Shown here in pieces: positions 42,931 through 51,443 of a DNA stretch of 64,000 bases. This DNA comes from an uncultured Actinomycetota bacterium (GTDB lineage Bacteria; Actinomycetota; Actinomycetes; JACCUZ01): assembly GCA_963746175.1 (NCBI GenBank), contig CAVVAH010000008.1, positions 875,701-939,700 of the forward strand. Reading direction: 5' to 3'. The position numbers and the translations under genes are program-made. Under the pieces are notes generated by a model. It was not told the origin of the DNA. It saw nothing but the letters and a program-made list of their open reading frames with translations, and made no database searches. Numbering within the stretch: the stretch's first letter is position 1; each line of letters begins with the position of its first letter.

Positions 42931-43786
42931 TCAGGTGCCGGTGTGTCGGAGGAGAAAGGCGATGGTCGCCTCGATGACGGCGGGGGTGATGGCGTGGTCG
43001 GTGTCGGGGAGGACGGCGAGTTCACCGGACGGCAAGTTGCGGTAGGCGAGCGCGCCCTCCTCGACCGAGCAGAAGGGGTCGCGGTCGCCGGTGAGGATCA
43101 GCGTCGGTGCGGTGATCGACCGGAAGTCGTCGAGGGTGTAGCCCGGCGAACGGGTGGCGCGATCGAAGAAGATGCGCACGTACTCCCGCCAGTGGCCCTC
43201 ACCCTGGGCGCTGTCGTAGTCGGCCTTCATGAGCGCCAGCGTGGCGGCCATCGGCGGCATCGACTGCAAGGCCCGTTCAGCGGCATCGGGATCGCCCTCG
43301 GTGGCCTCGGGGCTGCCACCAAACAGCACGCGGCCCATCTCGAAGATCGGCGCCTCCGGAACGAAAATGTCGTAGCCCGCGTGTGCCGCCAGCGCCCGGA
43401 CGGCCTCCGGTTGGCGGATGGCCACCACCGTCGCGATGGCGGCGCCATCGGAGAACCCCGCCAATAACGGACGACCAAGGCCGAGCGAGTCGATGAGCGC
43501 CATTACGTCGTCGGCAAGTAGCGCGTAGGACACGGTGCCGGCGGTGTGCACGGTGGCGCCGCTGCCCGCGCGTGTCGGGGGCGATGACCCGGAAGTGCTT
43601 GGCGAGCGTGGCAATCTGGTGCACGTAGGCGACTGGACTGTCCGCCCAGGCGGGTCCGGTCGAGACGAACCCGCCGTGGAGCAGGACCAGCGGCGGTCCG
43701 TCGCCGGCATCGACGTATGCGATGTCGGTGCCGTTGGCTCGGACGAGCTGGGCTCCCCGTTCGGCGAGGGTTGCTTCGGTGATCAC
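42931..43786 (-). pseudogene. Alpha/beta hydrolase with a +1 frameshift
   Basis: N-part (PPLVLLHGG..RVIAPDTRG) and C-part (SGAT..GFSDG nucleophile..GDRD..DH) are in different frames; one extra base in the C-run at 43565-43567. Confidence 0.8.
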
Positions 43787-43864
43787 GGGTGGGCTCCCTT
43801 CAGCGGTCCACCGGATCGTGCGCCCCGGCGTGGCCTTCGGCATGGGGGGTTCACCCCATCTTCG

Positions 43865-45442
43865 TCACGAACCGCCCGGAAACCCTTCCTCCGGGAGCAG
43901 GCCCTGCTGCATGGCAAACAGCCCTGCGGCGGCCCGGCTGCTGGCGCCGATCTTGGCGTAGATGTGCTCGATGTGGTTGCCGGCGGTCTTGGGGGCGATC
44001 ACGAGGCGCTCGGCGATCTGCTTGTTCGACAGTCCCAGGGCCAGAAGCTTGAGGACCTCGACCTCGCGGGCGGTGAGACCTGCGGGACCGTCCTGACGGC
44101 GAGGGACGCGGTGGCCAGCGGCGGCGAGCACGGCGTCGACGGCATCGGCATCGAGGTGCCCGGCCCGGACCGAAGATCGCAGCTGGGCGGCGGCCGCGGT
44201 CGCGGTGTGCGCCGGCCGGTGCGGACGCTCCTCGCGCATCGCCTGGTAGGCGTCGGCGGCACCGAGGATCCGGGCCAACGGGGAGATGGTGCTGCCGGGC
44301 AATCCCCGGGGATACCCGGAGCCGTCGAGGCGTTCGCGTTGCTGGACCACGATCCTCGCCAGCGGCGCCAGCGCGTCGGACTGCTGCAACATCCGCTCGC
44401 CGTAGTACGGGTGCAGGCGCACGCGCTCCCACTCGCCGGCGCCGAGCGGGCCGGGCTTGTCCCAGATCGCGTTGGAGACGCCCAACCGGCCGAACTCGTG
44501 CACGAGCCCCGTTCGGTGCAACGTCCGGATCTCGTCGTCGCTGAGGTTGAGATGGCGTCCGGCGGCCGCCGCCAGCTCGGCCACGGCGACCGAGTGCCCG
44601 AGCATGTACGGCGACTTCAGATCGACGAACTCGGCGAGAGCCCGCAGCGCCCGGTCCACGGCGGACCCCGACAGCACCACCGCGAGCGCCGGCTCCGCGT
44701 CGATCACCGTCTGCCAGGTCCCGACATCGGCCAACCCGTCGAAGACCTCGGCCGCATGGTCGCACAGCGTCTGGACGAGGGTCGGATCGAACTGCGAGCC
44801 CGAACGCCGCTGCGCGATCTCTCGTGCCCCGGTCGTGCCACCCGTGCGATAGGCCACCTCGACGTACTCGGCGAGCTGCACGATCCGCGACGCCAGCGGA
44901 GCAGCGTCACCGGCGACCTTCCCCGGCCAGCCTTTCCCGTCCCACCGCTCATACGAGCACGCCAACGCCGACCCCACCTCGGTGGGCAGGTCGAGCCGCT
45001 CGGCCAGCTGCCGGGCAAGCGAGGCGTGCTGGGCGAGCATGTCGTCGACATCGTGCCGCCCCGAGACAGCGAACTCGACGCCGGCCCGGATTCGGTGCAG
45101 CGGTGAGCCGCCGGCGCCGAGCATGCGCACCATTCCTAGCGCCTCGCGGACCGATCGAGGTTCGTAATCGAACTTGGTCGACTTCAGGGCGATGTCGTCG
45201 CCGAACCACTTCGCCTGCTCGTGGGCATCGGAATGGCAACCGACGTTTACCAGCAATGCGCTGTAGTACACGACCGCACGAGCATCGTCATCGAGCCCGA
45301 TCCGTTCCGCGACCCGAAGCGCGATGAGACACTGTCGCAGCACGTGCTCCATCGGCTGGCTGAACCCGAGATCGATGCCCAAGGACAGCGCGGCCACGAT
45401 TTCGGCGAGCCGAACCGGCGCACTGCCGGGCATATTGGCCAT
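43865..45442 (-). CDS. Tandem HD/HD-GYP-like domain + LuxR HTH regulator
   Basis: RLAEIVAALSLGIDLG, YERWDGKGWP, DLKSPY, ERLDGSGYP, GLTAREVEVL..KTAGNHIEHIYAKIG; start approximate. Confidence 0.88.
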   Translation of the reverse strand: MANMPGSAPVRLAEIVAALSLGIDLGFSQPMEHVLRQCLIALRVAERIGLDDDARAVVYYSALLVNVGCHSDAHEQAKWFGDDIALKSTKFDYEPRSVREALGMVRMLGAGGSPLHRIRAGVEFAVSGRHDVDDMLAQHASLARQLAERLDLPTEVGSALACSYERWDGKGWPGKVAGDAAPLASRIVQLAEYVEVAYRTGGTTGAREIAQRRSGSQFDPTLVQTLCDHAAEVFDGLADVGTWQTVIDAEPALAVVLSGSAVDRALRALAEFVDLKSPYMLGHSVAVAELAAAAGRHLNLSDDEIRTLHRTGLVHEFGRLGVSNAIWDKPGPLGAGEWERVRLHPYYGERMLQQSDALAPLARIVVQQRERLDGSGYPRGLPGSTISPLARILGAADAYQAMREERPHRPAHTATAAAAQLRSSVRAGHLDADAVDAVLAAAGHRVPRRQDGPAGLTAREVEVLKLLALGLSNKQIAERLVIAPKTAGNHIEHIYAKIGASSRAAAGLFAMQQGLLPEEGFPGGS

Positions 45443-46097
45443 TGGGATCGACGCTACCGCGTGACGCACAACCAGGTGCCCGAAGGCTTCTGCCGCGCCG
45501 CTCGGCAGCCCCACCCTCGGGATAGGCAAGGGAGTCACCTCTACCTGGGTGAGCGCAGTCCCTCCGGCAACTTCAGGTTCCGCTCCGGGGTCCACCCACC
45601 GCGTCGAAATCAACGCGTGAGTCATCAGCGAGCGTTCACGTTCGGCCCGGCGAACCGCCTTGGCCCGACTCTTGCGACCCATGTCATCCACCCCGGTAAG
45701 AAGCTCCTGGATTTCTATGTGCCTGCCGGTCCGGCGAGCCGAGGGGTGGAGCGGCACTGACTTTCCGACTCCCCGAGGGGGTGACAACAACCGTTGTCAC
45801 TCGTGATGCCAGAAGAGTGACGCGGATGATCTTGCACGGGACAGCACGGATGTGATCTGGGTCTGCGCGAGGCGACACGACAGTGAGTGGCTACGGCGGC
45901 TGGGCTGAGGCGAAGTCTCGGGTGAAGGCGATGGGCGGTGTTGGCGCCAGGGTCAGCTCGGCAGAGACCCGGACCGCGCTGAGGCGCCTCGGCGAGCAGC
46001 TCCAAGGCGAGTAGCCAGATGATCTGCTGCAGTATTTTGCTGCTGTACTCGGCCGATTCGAAGATCATCCCGACAGCGGATGTGCGTCTGACCTGGG

Positions 46098-46170
46098 TGG
46101 AGCTGAGGGGACTCGAACCCCTGACCCCCTCGTTGCGAACGAGGTGCGCTACCAGCTGCGCTACAGCCCC
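46098..46170 (-). tRNA. tRNA-Ala(CGC)
   Basis: GGGGCTG acceptor, CCTCG-TT-CGC-AA-CGAGG anticodon arm, GGTTCGAGTCC T-arm; CCA not encoded. Confidence 0.95.
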
Positions 46171-46204
46171 TGGTGGAGACGTCGAGGTTACCAGGAGGCT
46201 GTGG

Positions 46205-47095
46205 TCAGTCGTTCACCGCGCGGCGGTGGATGATCGCCTCGAGCTGGTCGTCGGCGTCCTCGGCATCGGCCACCAGAGCCGACATCCCGGAGGCGGCCGG
46301 CGACGGCGCAGGCGCCTCGTCGGCGACCCGGGCACCGTCCAGCCGGGCCTCGCTCCAGGCGCCCGGCTTCGTGAGGTCGATCGGCGGCGCGCGGCGCGGT
46401 GCCGGCGGCTTGCTGACGTACGTCGGGAGCGGCACCGGGACCGGGTCCCAGCGACCGGCCTCGTCGGCAGTGCGCCGCTCCTCCTCCTCGCGCACCTGGC
46501 GCTCGGCCTCCTCCGCGGCGGCCCAACGGGCGTTCTCGGCGGCCCGCTCCTCGGCCAGCTCGCGGCGTACCGACATCAGCTTGTCGAGCGCGTCGAACCG
46601 CGTCAGCCGCGACCGCATGCTGCGACGGACCGCCGCGCGCGAACGCGAGACCTCACGGCTGCTGCGGACCTGGGCCCGCAGGTGCGCGAGGTCGGCCACG
46701 GTGAGGACCAGCAGCGCGACGGGCACCCACCACGGCACGGGGCTCAGCGGCGTGAGCACCGTGGCGACGAGCGTCGACAGCAGCAGGCCGGCCAGGATGC
46801 GCCGACGGCGGACCGAGGCGCTCGTCGGGCGGCGGGTACGACGGGCGGTGACGGTGCGCTGGGCCGGCAGCGGTGTGCGGGCCGGCAGCGTCCGCTGCGG
46901 CGCAGCCGGGCGGCGGGGCATGACGACCTGGCGCTGGTCGGGGGTGGCGTCCTTGCGGGACAGGATCCGCATCGCGTGGTCGAACTTCTCCACCGACCGC
47001 GACTCGGAGAGCTCCTCGTGCCGCCTGAGCCATCGCGGGATGAAGTACGCAGCCCACATCACGATGATGACCGCGTAGATGATCCCGCTCCCCAC
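46205..47095 (-). CDS. Divisome-associated membrane protein GlpR/SepX-like
   Basis: N-terminal TM (IIYAVIIVMWAAYFIPRWLRR), RRRR-TM-TM, WDPVPVPLPTYVSKP, RRAVND end; position between rimJ and tRNA-Ala. Confidence 0.8.
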   Translation of the reverse strand: MGSGIIYAVIIVMWAAYFIPRWLRRHEELSESRSVEKFDHAMRILSRKDATPDQRQVVMPRRPAAPQRTLPARTPLPAQRTVTARRTRRPTSASVRRRRILAGLLLSTLVATVLTPLSPVPWWVPVALLVLTVADLAHLRAQVRSSREVSRSRAAVRRSMRSRLTRFDALDKLMSVRRELAEERAAENARWAAAEEAERQVREEEERRTADEAGRWDPVPVPLPTYVSKPPAPRRAPPIDLTKPGAWSEARLDGARVADEAPAPSPAASGMSALVADAEDADDQLEAIIHRRAVND

Positions 47096-47216
47096 CCGCG
47101 TCACGGTAGGGCGCAGCGCACGGCGCACCGTGGACCTGCGCCGGTGTGTCGCACGATCAGTCCTGGGGCTGGTGTGACGACTGTGACTCGAGGGTGGGAC
47201 AGGACCCGGGACGGCA

Positions 47217-47512
47217 GCGGCCCTGTGCCGCCGTCGTGGTGCGGGTCAGAGCGGCTTGGGAGGAGGGAGCGGCTCACCCGCCGTGCGCCGCTGACCCGTC
47301 CGTCGTCGAAGTGGACCGGCTTGGTGGCGCGACACACCGCGCGGAGCCGGTCCACTCCGTGGGGAGTGCGAAGTGGCCCCGCTAGCGGGGTGCTTTCCGG
47401 GGCCATGGCGGGGCCACTTGGCTGTGTGTCGGCATGCGGCGGCGATGCCCTCGGAGGGTGGACGGCGGGAGGGTGCGGACGGTGGGTGAGCCCGCTCTGC
47501 CGTCCCGAGCCG
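47217..47512. repeat. ~300-bp structured intergenic element related to the 22335-22540 element
   Basis: Outer stem ~47251-47284/47479-47512, inner hairpins 47310-47356 and 47371-47419; shared motifs with the 22.3-kb element. Confidence 0.6.
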
Positions 47513-47572
47513 CCTGTGATCTCAGGTGCAGCTGGCGACTGCAGGTGGCGGCAGCCGAGCGACCCGTGAACG

Positions 47573-48199
47573 TCAGCGGTCGTTCTGCTGCTGGACGGCT
47601 CGCCAGCGGGCGAGCAGCCCGTCGGGGACCTCGCCGGCCGTGAGGGCGAACGAGCGATGGTCGCGCCAGGCGCCGGCGATGTGCAGGAACGCCTCGCGGG
47701 TGCCCTCCTCGCGGAAGCCGAGCTTCTCCACGACCCGCAGCGACGCGGCGTTCTCCGGCCGGATGTTCACCTCGAGCCGGTGCAGACCCACGGTGCCGAA
47801 GCAGTGGTCGGTGACCAGCGCCACCGCGGTCGGCATGACGCCGCGGCCGGCGACCCGCTGGTCGACCCAGTAGCCGACGTGCGCCGAGGCGAGCGAGCCC
47901 CAGGTGATGCCGCCGACGGTGACCTGCCCCACCAGCCGGTCGTCGTAGGTGACGACGAGCGGCAGCATCGTCCCCTGCCGCGCCTGCGCGCGCAGCGAGC
48001 GCACCATCTGGGCGAACGTCAGCACCCGGCCGCCGTCGCGCGGCGGGGTCGCCTCCCACGGCGCCAGCCACGCGGCGTTGCGCGACCGGACCTCGAGCCA
48101 GGCCGCGCGGTCGCTCCGGGCGATCGGCCGCAGCCCCACCCGCCCGGCCTGCAGCCTGACGGGCCAGCCCCTGGGTGCTCCCTGGAGCGACCTGGTCAG
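47573..48199 (-). CDS. rimJ: RimJ/RimL-type GNAT N-acetyltransferase, probable CTG start
   Basis: GWPVRLQAGRVGLRP..WLAPWEAT..GYWVD..GRGVMPTAV..LHRLEVNIRPENAASLRVVEKLGF..WRDH. Confidence 0.88.
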   Translation of the reverse strand: MTRSLQGAPRGWPVRLQAGRVGLRPIARSDRAAWLEVRSRNAAWLAPWEATPPRDGGRVLTFAQMVRSLRAQARQGTMLPLVVTYDDRLVGQVTVGGITWGSLASAHVGYWVDQRVAGRGVMPTAVALVTDHCFGTVGLHRLEVNIRPENAASLRVVEKLGFREEGTREAFLHIAGAWRDHRSFALTAGEVPDGLLARWRAVQQQNDR

Positions 48200-48666
48200 T
48201 GGTCGCTCCCGTGCACCTGCTCGACCGCGTGCACCAGCAGCGGCGCGAGCACCTCCAGCCCGTCGCGGACGCCGCCCGGCGAGCCGGGCAGGTTGACGAC
48301 CAGGGTGCGGCCGGCCAGCCCGGCCAGCCCGCGCGACAGCGCCGCGGTCGGGACCCCCTTGCCCGTGCCGTGCGCGCGCAGCGCCTCGGCGATGCCGGGC
48401 AGGTCGGTGTCGAGCACGGCGCGGGTCATCTCCGGCGTCCGGTCGGTCGGCGTGATGCCGGTGCCGCCGGACGTGACCACCACGTCGTACGCCGCGGCCA
48501 CCGCCTCGCGCAGGACGTCGGCCACCGGCTGGCCGTCGGGCACGACGCGCGGCCCGTCGACGTCGAAGCCGAGCCGTCCGAGACCCTCGACGAGCACCGG
48601 CCCGGTGCGGTCCTCGTAGACGCCGGCGCTGGCCCGGTTGGACACCGACACGACCAGGGCCCTCAT
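48196..48666 (-). CDS. moaB: MogA/MoaB molybdopterin adenylyltransferase family
   Basis: SNRASAGVYEDRTG, TSGGTGITPTDRTPE, LSRG, VNLPGS. Confidence 0.9.
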   Translation of the reverse strand: MRALVVSVSNRASAGVYEDRTGPVLVEGLGRLGFDVDGPRVVPDGQPVADVLREAVAAAYDVVVTSGGTGITPTDRTPEMTRAVLDTDLPGIAEALRAHGTGKGVPTAALSRGLAGLAGRTLVVNLPGSPGGVRDGLEVLAPLLVHAVEQVHGSDH

Positions 48667-49163
48667 GCCGCGCCGCCGTCCCGGGTCCACGTGCCGGAGC
48701 GGCCGCCGGTCTTGGACTCGACCCGGACGTCGGTGATGGTCGCGCCCTTGTCCACGGCCTTGACCATGTCGACCAGGGTCAGCCCGGCGACCGCGACGCA
48801 GGTGAGCGCCTCCATCTCGACGCCGGTGCGGTCAGCAGTCCGGACCGTCGCCGTGACGTGGACGGCGTCGTCGCCGACCCGGAGGTCGACCTCGACCCCG
48901 TGGATGGCGAGCGGGTGGCACAGCGGCACGAGGTCGGGGGTCTTCTTGGCCGCCTGGATGCCGGCGATCCGCGCCACAGCGATCGCGTCGCCCTTGGGCA
49001 CGCCGTCGCCCCGCAGAAGGGCGACGACCGCCGCCGAGACGAGCACCCGGCCCGAGGCGGTCGCGGTGCGCACCGTGACGTCCTTGCCGGACACGTCGAC
49101 CATCCGCGCCGCACCGTGCTCGTCGACGTGGGTCAGCCCGCTCGGCCGTGTCTCGTCGGTCAT
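48663..49163 (-). CDS. moaC: Cyclic pyranopterin monophosphate synthase
   Basis: LTHVDEHGAARMVDVSGK, LVPLCHPL, TGVEMEAL, KTGGRSG. Confidence 0.96.
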   Translation of the reverse strand: MTDETRPSGLTHVDEHGAARMVDVSGKDVTVRTATASGRVLVSAAVVALLRGDGVPKGDAIAVARIAGIQAAKKTPDLVPLCHPLAIHGVEVDLRVGDDAVHVTATVRTADRTGVEMEALTCVAVAGLTLVDMVKAVDKGATITDVRVESKTGGRSGTWTRDGGAA

Positions 49164-49169
49164 CGCTTC

Positions 49170-49208
49170 CTCATGACAGCCGTCGCTCTCTCATGACAGC
49201 CGTCGCTC
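49170..49208. repeat. Tandem duplication (19-bp unit, 20-bp period) of the moeA 3' end
   Basis: CTCATGACAGCCGTCGCTC at 49170-49188 and 49190-49208. Confidence 0.85.
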
Positions 49209-50453
49209 GAGGACCATCACCTCGACGGCGCCACCCTCGGGCACCTCGGTGACGTCGTCCGGCACGACGATGAGCGCGTTGGCGTGCGCCAGCGCGCGGA
49301 TGAGGTGCGAGCCGGCGCCGCCGACGGGCCGCACGACGTAGCGGCCTTCGGTGACGTCGAGCCAGCCGCGCAGGTACTGCCGTTTCCCGGCCGGCGACCG
49401 GAGCCCCTCGAGGCACACGGCCCGCACGGTCGGTCGGTGCAGCGGCTCGACACCGAGCATCCGGCGGATGACCGGGCGCACGAACACCTCGAACGACACG
49501 AAGGACGACACCGGGTTGCCCGGCAGCGTGATGATCGGCGTGGAGTCGGGCCCGATGGTGCCGAAGCCCTGCGGCTTCCCGGGCTGCATCGCGACCTTCT
49601 CGAAGGACACCGTGCCGAGCCGCGACAGCACCTCCTTCACCACGTCGTACGCCCCGACGCTGACGCCGCCGCTGGTGAGCACCAGGTCGGCGCGGATCAG
49701 CTGGTCCTCGAGCGCGTTCATCAGGGTGCGCGCGTCGTCGGGGATGATGCCGACACGGAACGCGGTCGCCCCCGCCTCGCGGGCCGCGGTGGTGAGCATG
49801 TACGAGTTGGAGTCGTGGATCTGCCCGGCCGTGGGCCGGGTGCCGGGCTCCACCAGCTCGCTGCCGGTGGACACGACGACGACCCGCGGGCGCGGCCGGA
49901 CCACGACACGGTCCCGGCCGACGGCAGCGAGCAGGCCGAGCTGGCCCGGTCCCAGCCGGGTGCCGGCCTCCAGCACCATCTGCCCGGTGGTGACGTCCTC
50001 CCCGCGGCGCCGGATGTGCGCCCCGACGACGGCGGGCCGGTCGATCGTGACGGCGGCGAGGCCGCGGTCGGTCCACTCCAGGGGTACGACGGCGTCGGCA
50101 CCGGTCGGCACCGGGGCGCCGGTCATGATGCGCACGGACAGACCGGGCTGCACGGAGTAGCTCGAGGGCGCTCCGGCGGCTACGTCGCCGACCACGGGCA
50201 GCCGCACCGGCTCGGCGGCGCTGGCCGTGGCGAGGTCCGCGACCCGCACGGCGTAGCCGTCGTGCGAGGCGTTGTCGAACGGCGGCAGGTCGACCTCCGA
50301 CGTCACGGTCTCGGCCAGGATGCACCCGTGCGCGTCGAGCAGCTGGAGGTCCAACGACTGGATCGGCTCGATCGCCCCGAGGATGTCGGCCTGGTGCTGC
50401 TCGACCGACTTCAGCTCCCCGGGCTGGTCGAGGTCGGTGCCCGCGACGGTCAT
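49191..50453 (-). CDS. moeA: Molybdopterin molybdotransferase / gephyrin-like Glp
   Basis: PPFDNASHDGYA, IMTGAPVP, STGSEL, SGGVSVG, MQPGKPQ, LPGNPVS. Confidence 0.95.
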   Translation of the reverse strand: MTVAGTDLDQPGELKSVEQHQADILGAIEPIQSLDLQLLDAHGCILAETVTSEVDLPPFDNASHDGYAVRVADLATASAAEPVRLPVVGDVAAGAPSSYSVQPGLSVRIMTGAPVPTGADAVVPLEWTDRGLAAVTIDRPAVVGAHIRRRGEDVTTGQMVLEAGTRLGPGQLGLLAAVGRDRVVVRPRPRVVVVSTGSELVEPGTRPTAGQIHDSNSYMLTTAAREAGATAFRVGIIPDDARTLMNALEDQLIRADLVLTSGGVSVGAYDVVKEVLSRLGTVSFEKVAMQPGKPQGFGTIGPDSTPIITLPGNPVSSFVSFEVFVRPVIRRMLGVEPLHRPTVRAVCLEGLRSPAGKRQYLRGWLDVTEGRYVVRPVGGAGSHLIRALAHANALIVVPDDVTEVPEGGAVEVMVLERRLS

Positions 50454-50513
50454 CGGGGCCCCCGCGTGATCGTGAGCGCAGCGAGCGATCTCGTGGGGAT
50501 GCTCATCGGTGTC

Positions 50514-51434
50514 TCACTTCGGGAGCTCCGTCGCGACGAACTGCCGGAGGAACTCGACGAAGTCGGGTCCGAGGTCGTCGCGCTCGCTCGCCAGCCGGAC
50601 GACCGTCTTGAGGTACTCGAGCCGGTCGCCGGTGTCGTAGCGGCGACCCTCGAACACCACGCCGTGCACCGGGCCGTGGTCGCCGCTGACCGCCATCTGG
50701 CGCAGCGCATCGGTCAGCTGGATCTCGCCGCCCCGGCCGGGGTCGGTCGCGCGGAGCACGTCGAAGACGCCGGGGTCGAGGACGTAGCGCCCGATGACCG
50801 CGAGGTCGCTCGGCGCATCCTCGACGGCCGGCTTCTCCACGAGGTCGGTGATGGTCACGGCGTCAGGGTCTCCTGACTCGGAGACGGCTGCGCAGCCGTA
50901 GAGGTTCACCTGGTCCTTGGGGACGCGCATCAGCGCTACGACGCTGCCGCCGTGCCGGGCCCGGATGTCGAGCATGGTCGTGAGCAGGTGGTCGCGCACG
51001 TCGATGAGGTCGTCGCCCAGCAGCACGGCGAACGCCTGGTCGCCGACGTGGCGGGCCGCGCACAGGACCGCGTGCCCCAGGCCGCGCGGGTCGCCCTGCC
51101 GCGTGTAGTGCAGGTCGGCGATCACCGCGGAGTCACGGACCCGCTGCAGGCGCTCGACGTCGCCCTTGGCCTCCAGGGCCGCCTCGAGCTCCCAGTTGCG
51201 GTCGAAGTGGTTCTCGATCGCGTTCTTGTTGCGGCCGGTCACCAGCAGGACGTCGGTGAGTCCGGCGGCGACGGCCTCCTCGACGACGTACTGGATGGCC
51301 GGCTTGTCCACGACCGGGAGCATCTCCTTGGGCGTCGCCTTCGTGGCCGGCAGGAAGCGGGTCCCGAGCCCGGCGACGGTGACGACGGCCTTCGTGACGG
51401 GCCGGCTGGGCGCGGTCGACTGGTCGCTCGCCAT
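50514..51434 (-). CDS. galU: UTP--glucose-1-phosphate uridylyltransferase
   Basis: AGLGTRFLPATKATPKEMLPVVDKP, GLGHAV, LVEKP, GEIQLTDA. Confidence 0.96.
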   Translation of the reverse strand: MASDQSTAPSRPVTKAVVTVAGLGTRFLPATKATPKEMLPVVDKPAIQYVVEEAVAAGLTDVLLVTGRNKNAIENHFDRNWELEAALEAKGDVERLQRVRDSAVIADLHYTRQGDPRGLGHAVLCAARHVGDQAFAVLLGDDLIDVRDHLLTTMLDIRARHGGSVVALMRVPKDQVNLYGCAAVSESGDPDAVTITDLVEKPAVEDAPSDLAVIGRYVLDPGVFDVLRATDPGRGGEIQLTDALRQMAVSGDHGPVHGVVFEGRRYDTGDRLEYLKTVVRLASERDDLGPDFVEFLRQFVATELPK

Positions 51435-51443
51435 GGTCCGACC

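Larger units (their letters stand above)
35145..46140. mobile_element. tRNA-Ala-integrated genomic island (~10.9 kb), no integrase recognised
   Basis: Direct repeat of tRNA 3' half at both ends, paired GCTGCTGTA tandem motifs near both ends, accessory cargo and gene fragments. Confidence 0.82.

Noticed and set aside
45683-46094. Possible integrase next to tRNA-Ala
   Set aside because: Only about 400 bp is available and no R-H-R-H-Y or serine-recombinase motif is visible in the listed frames.
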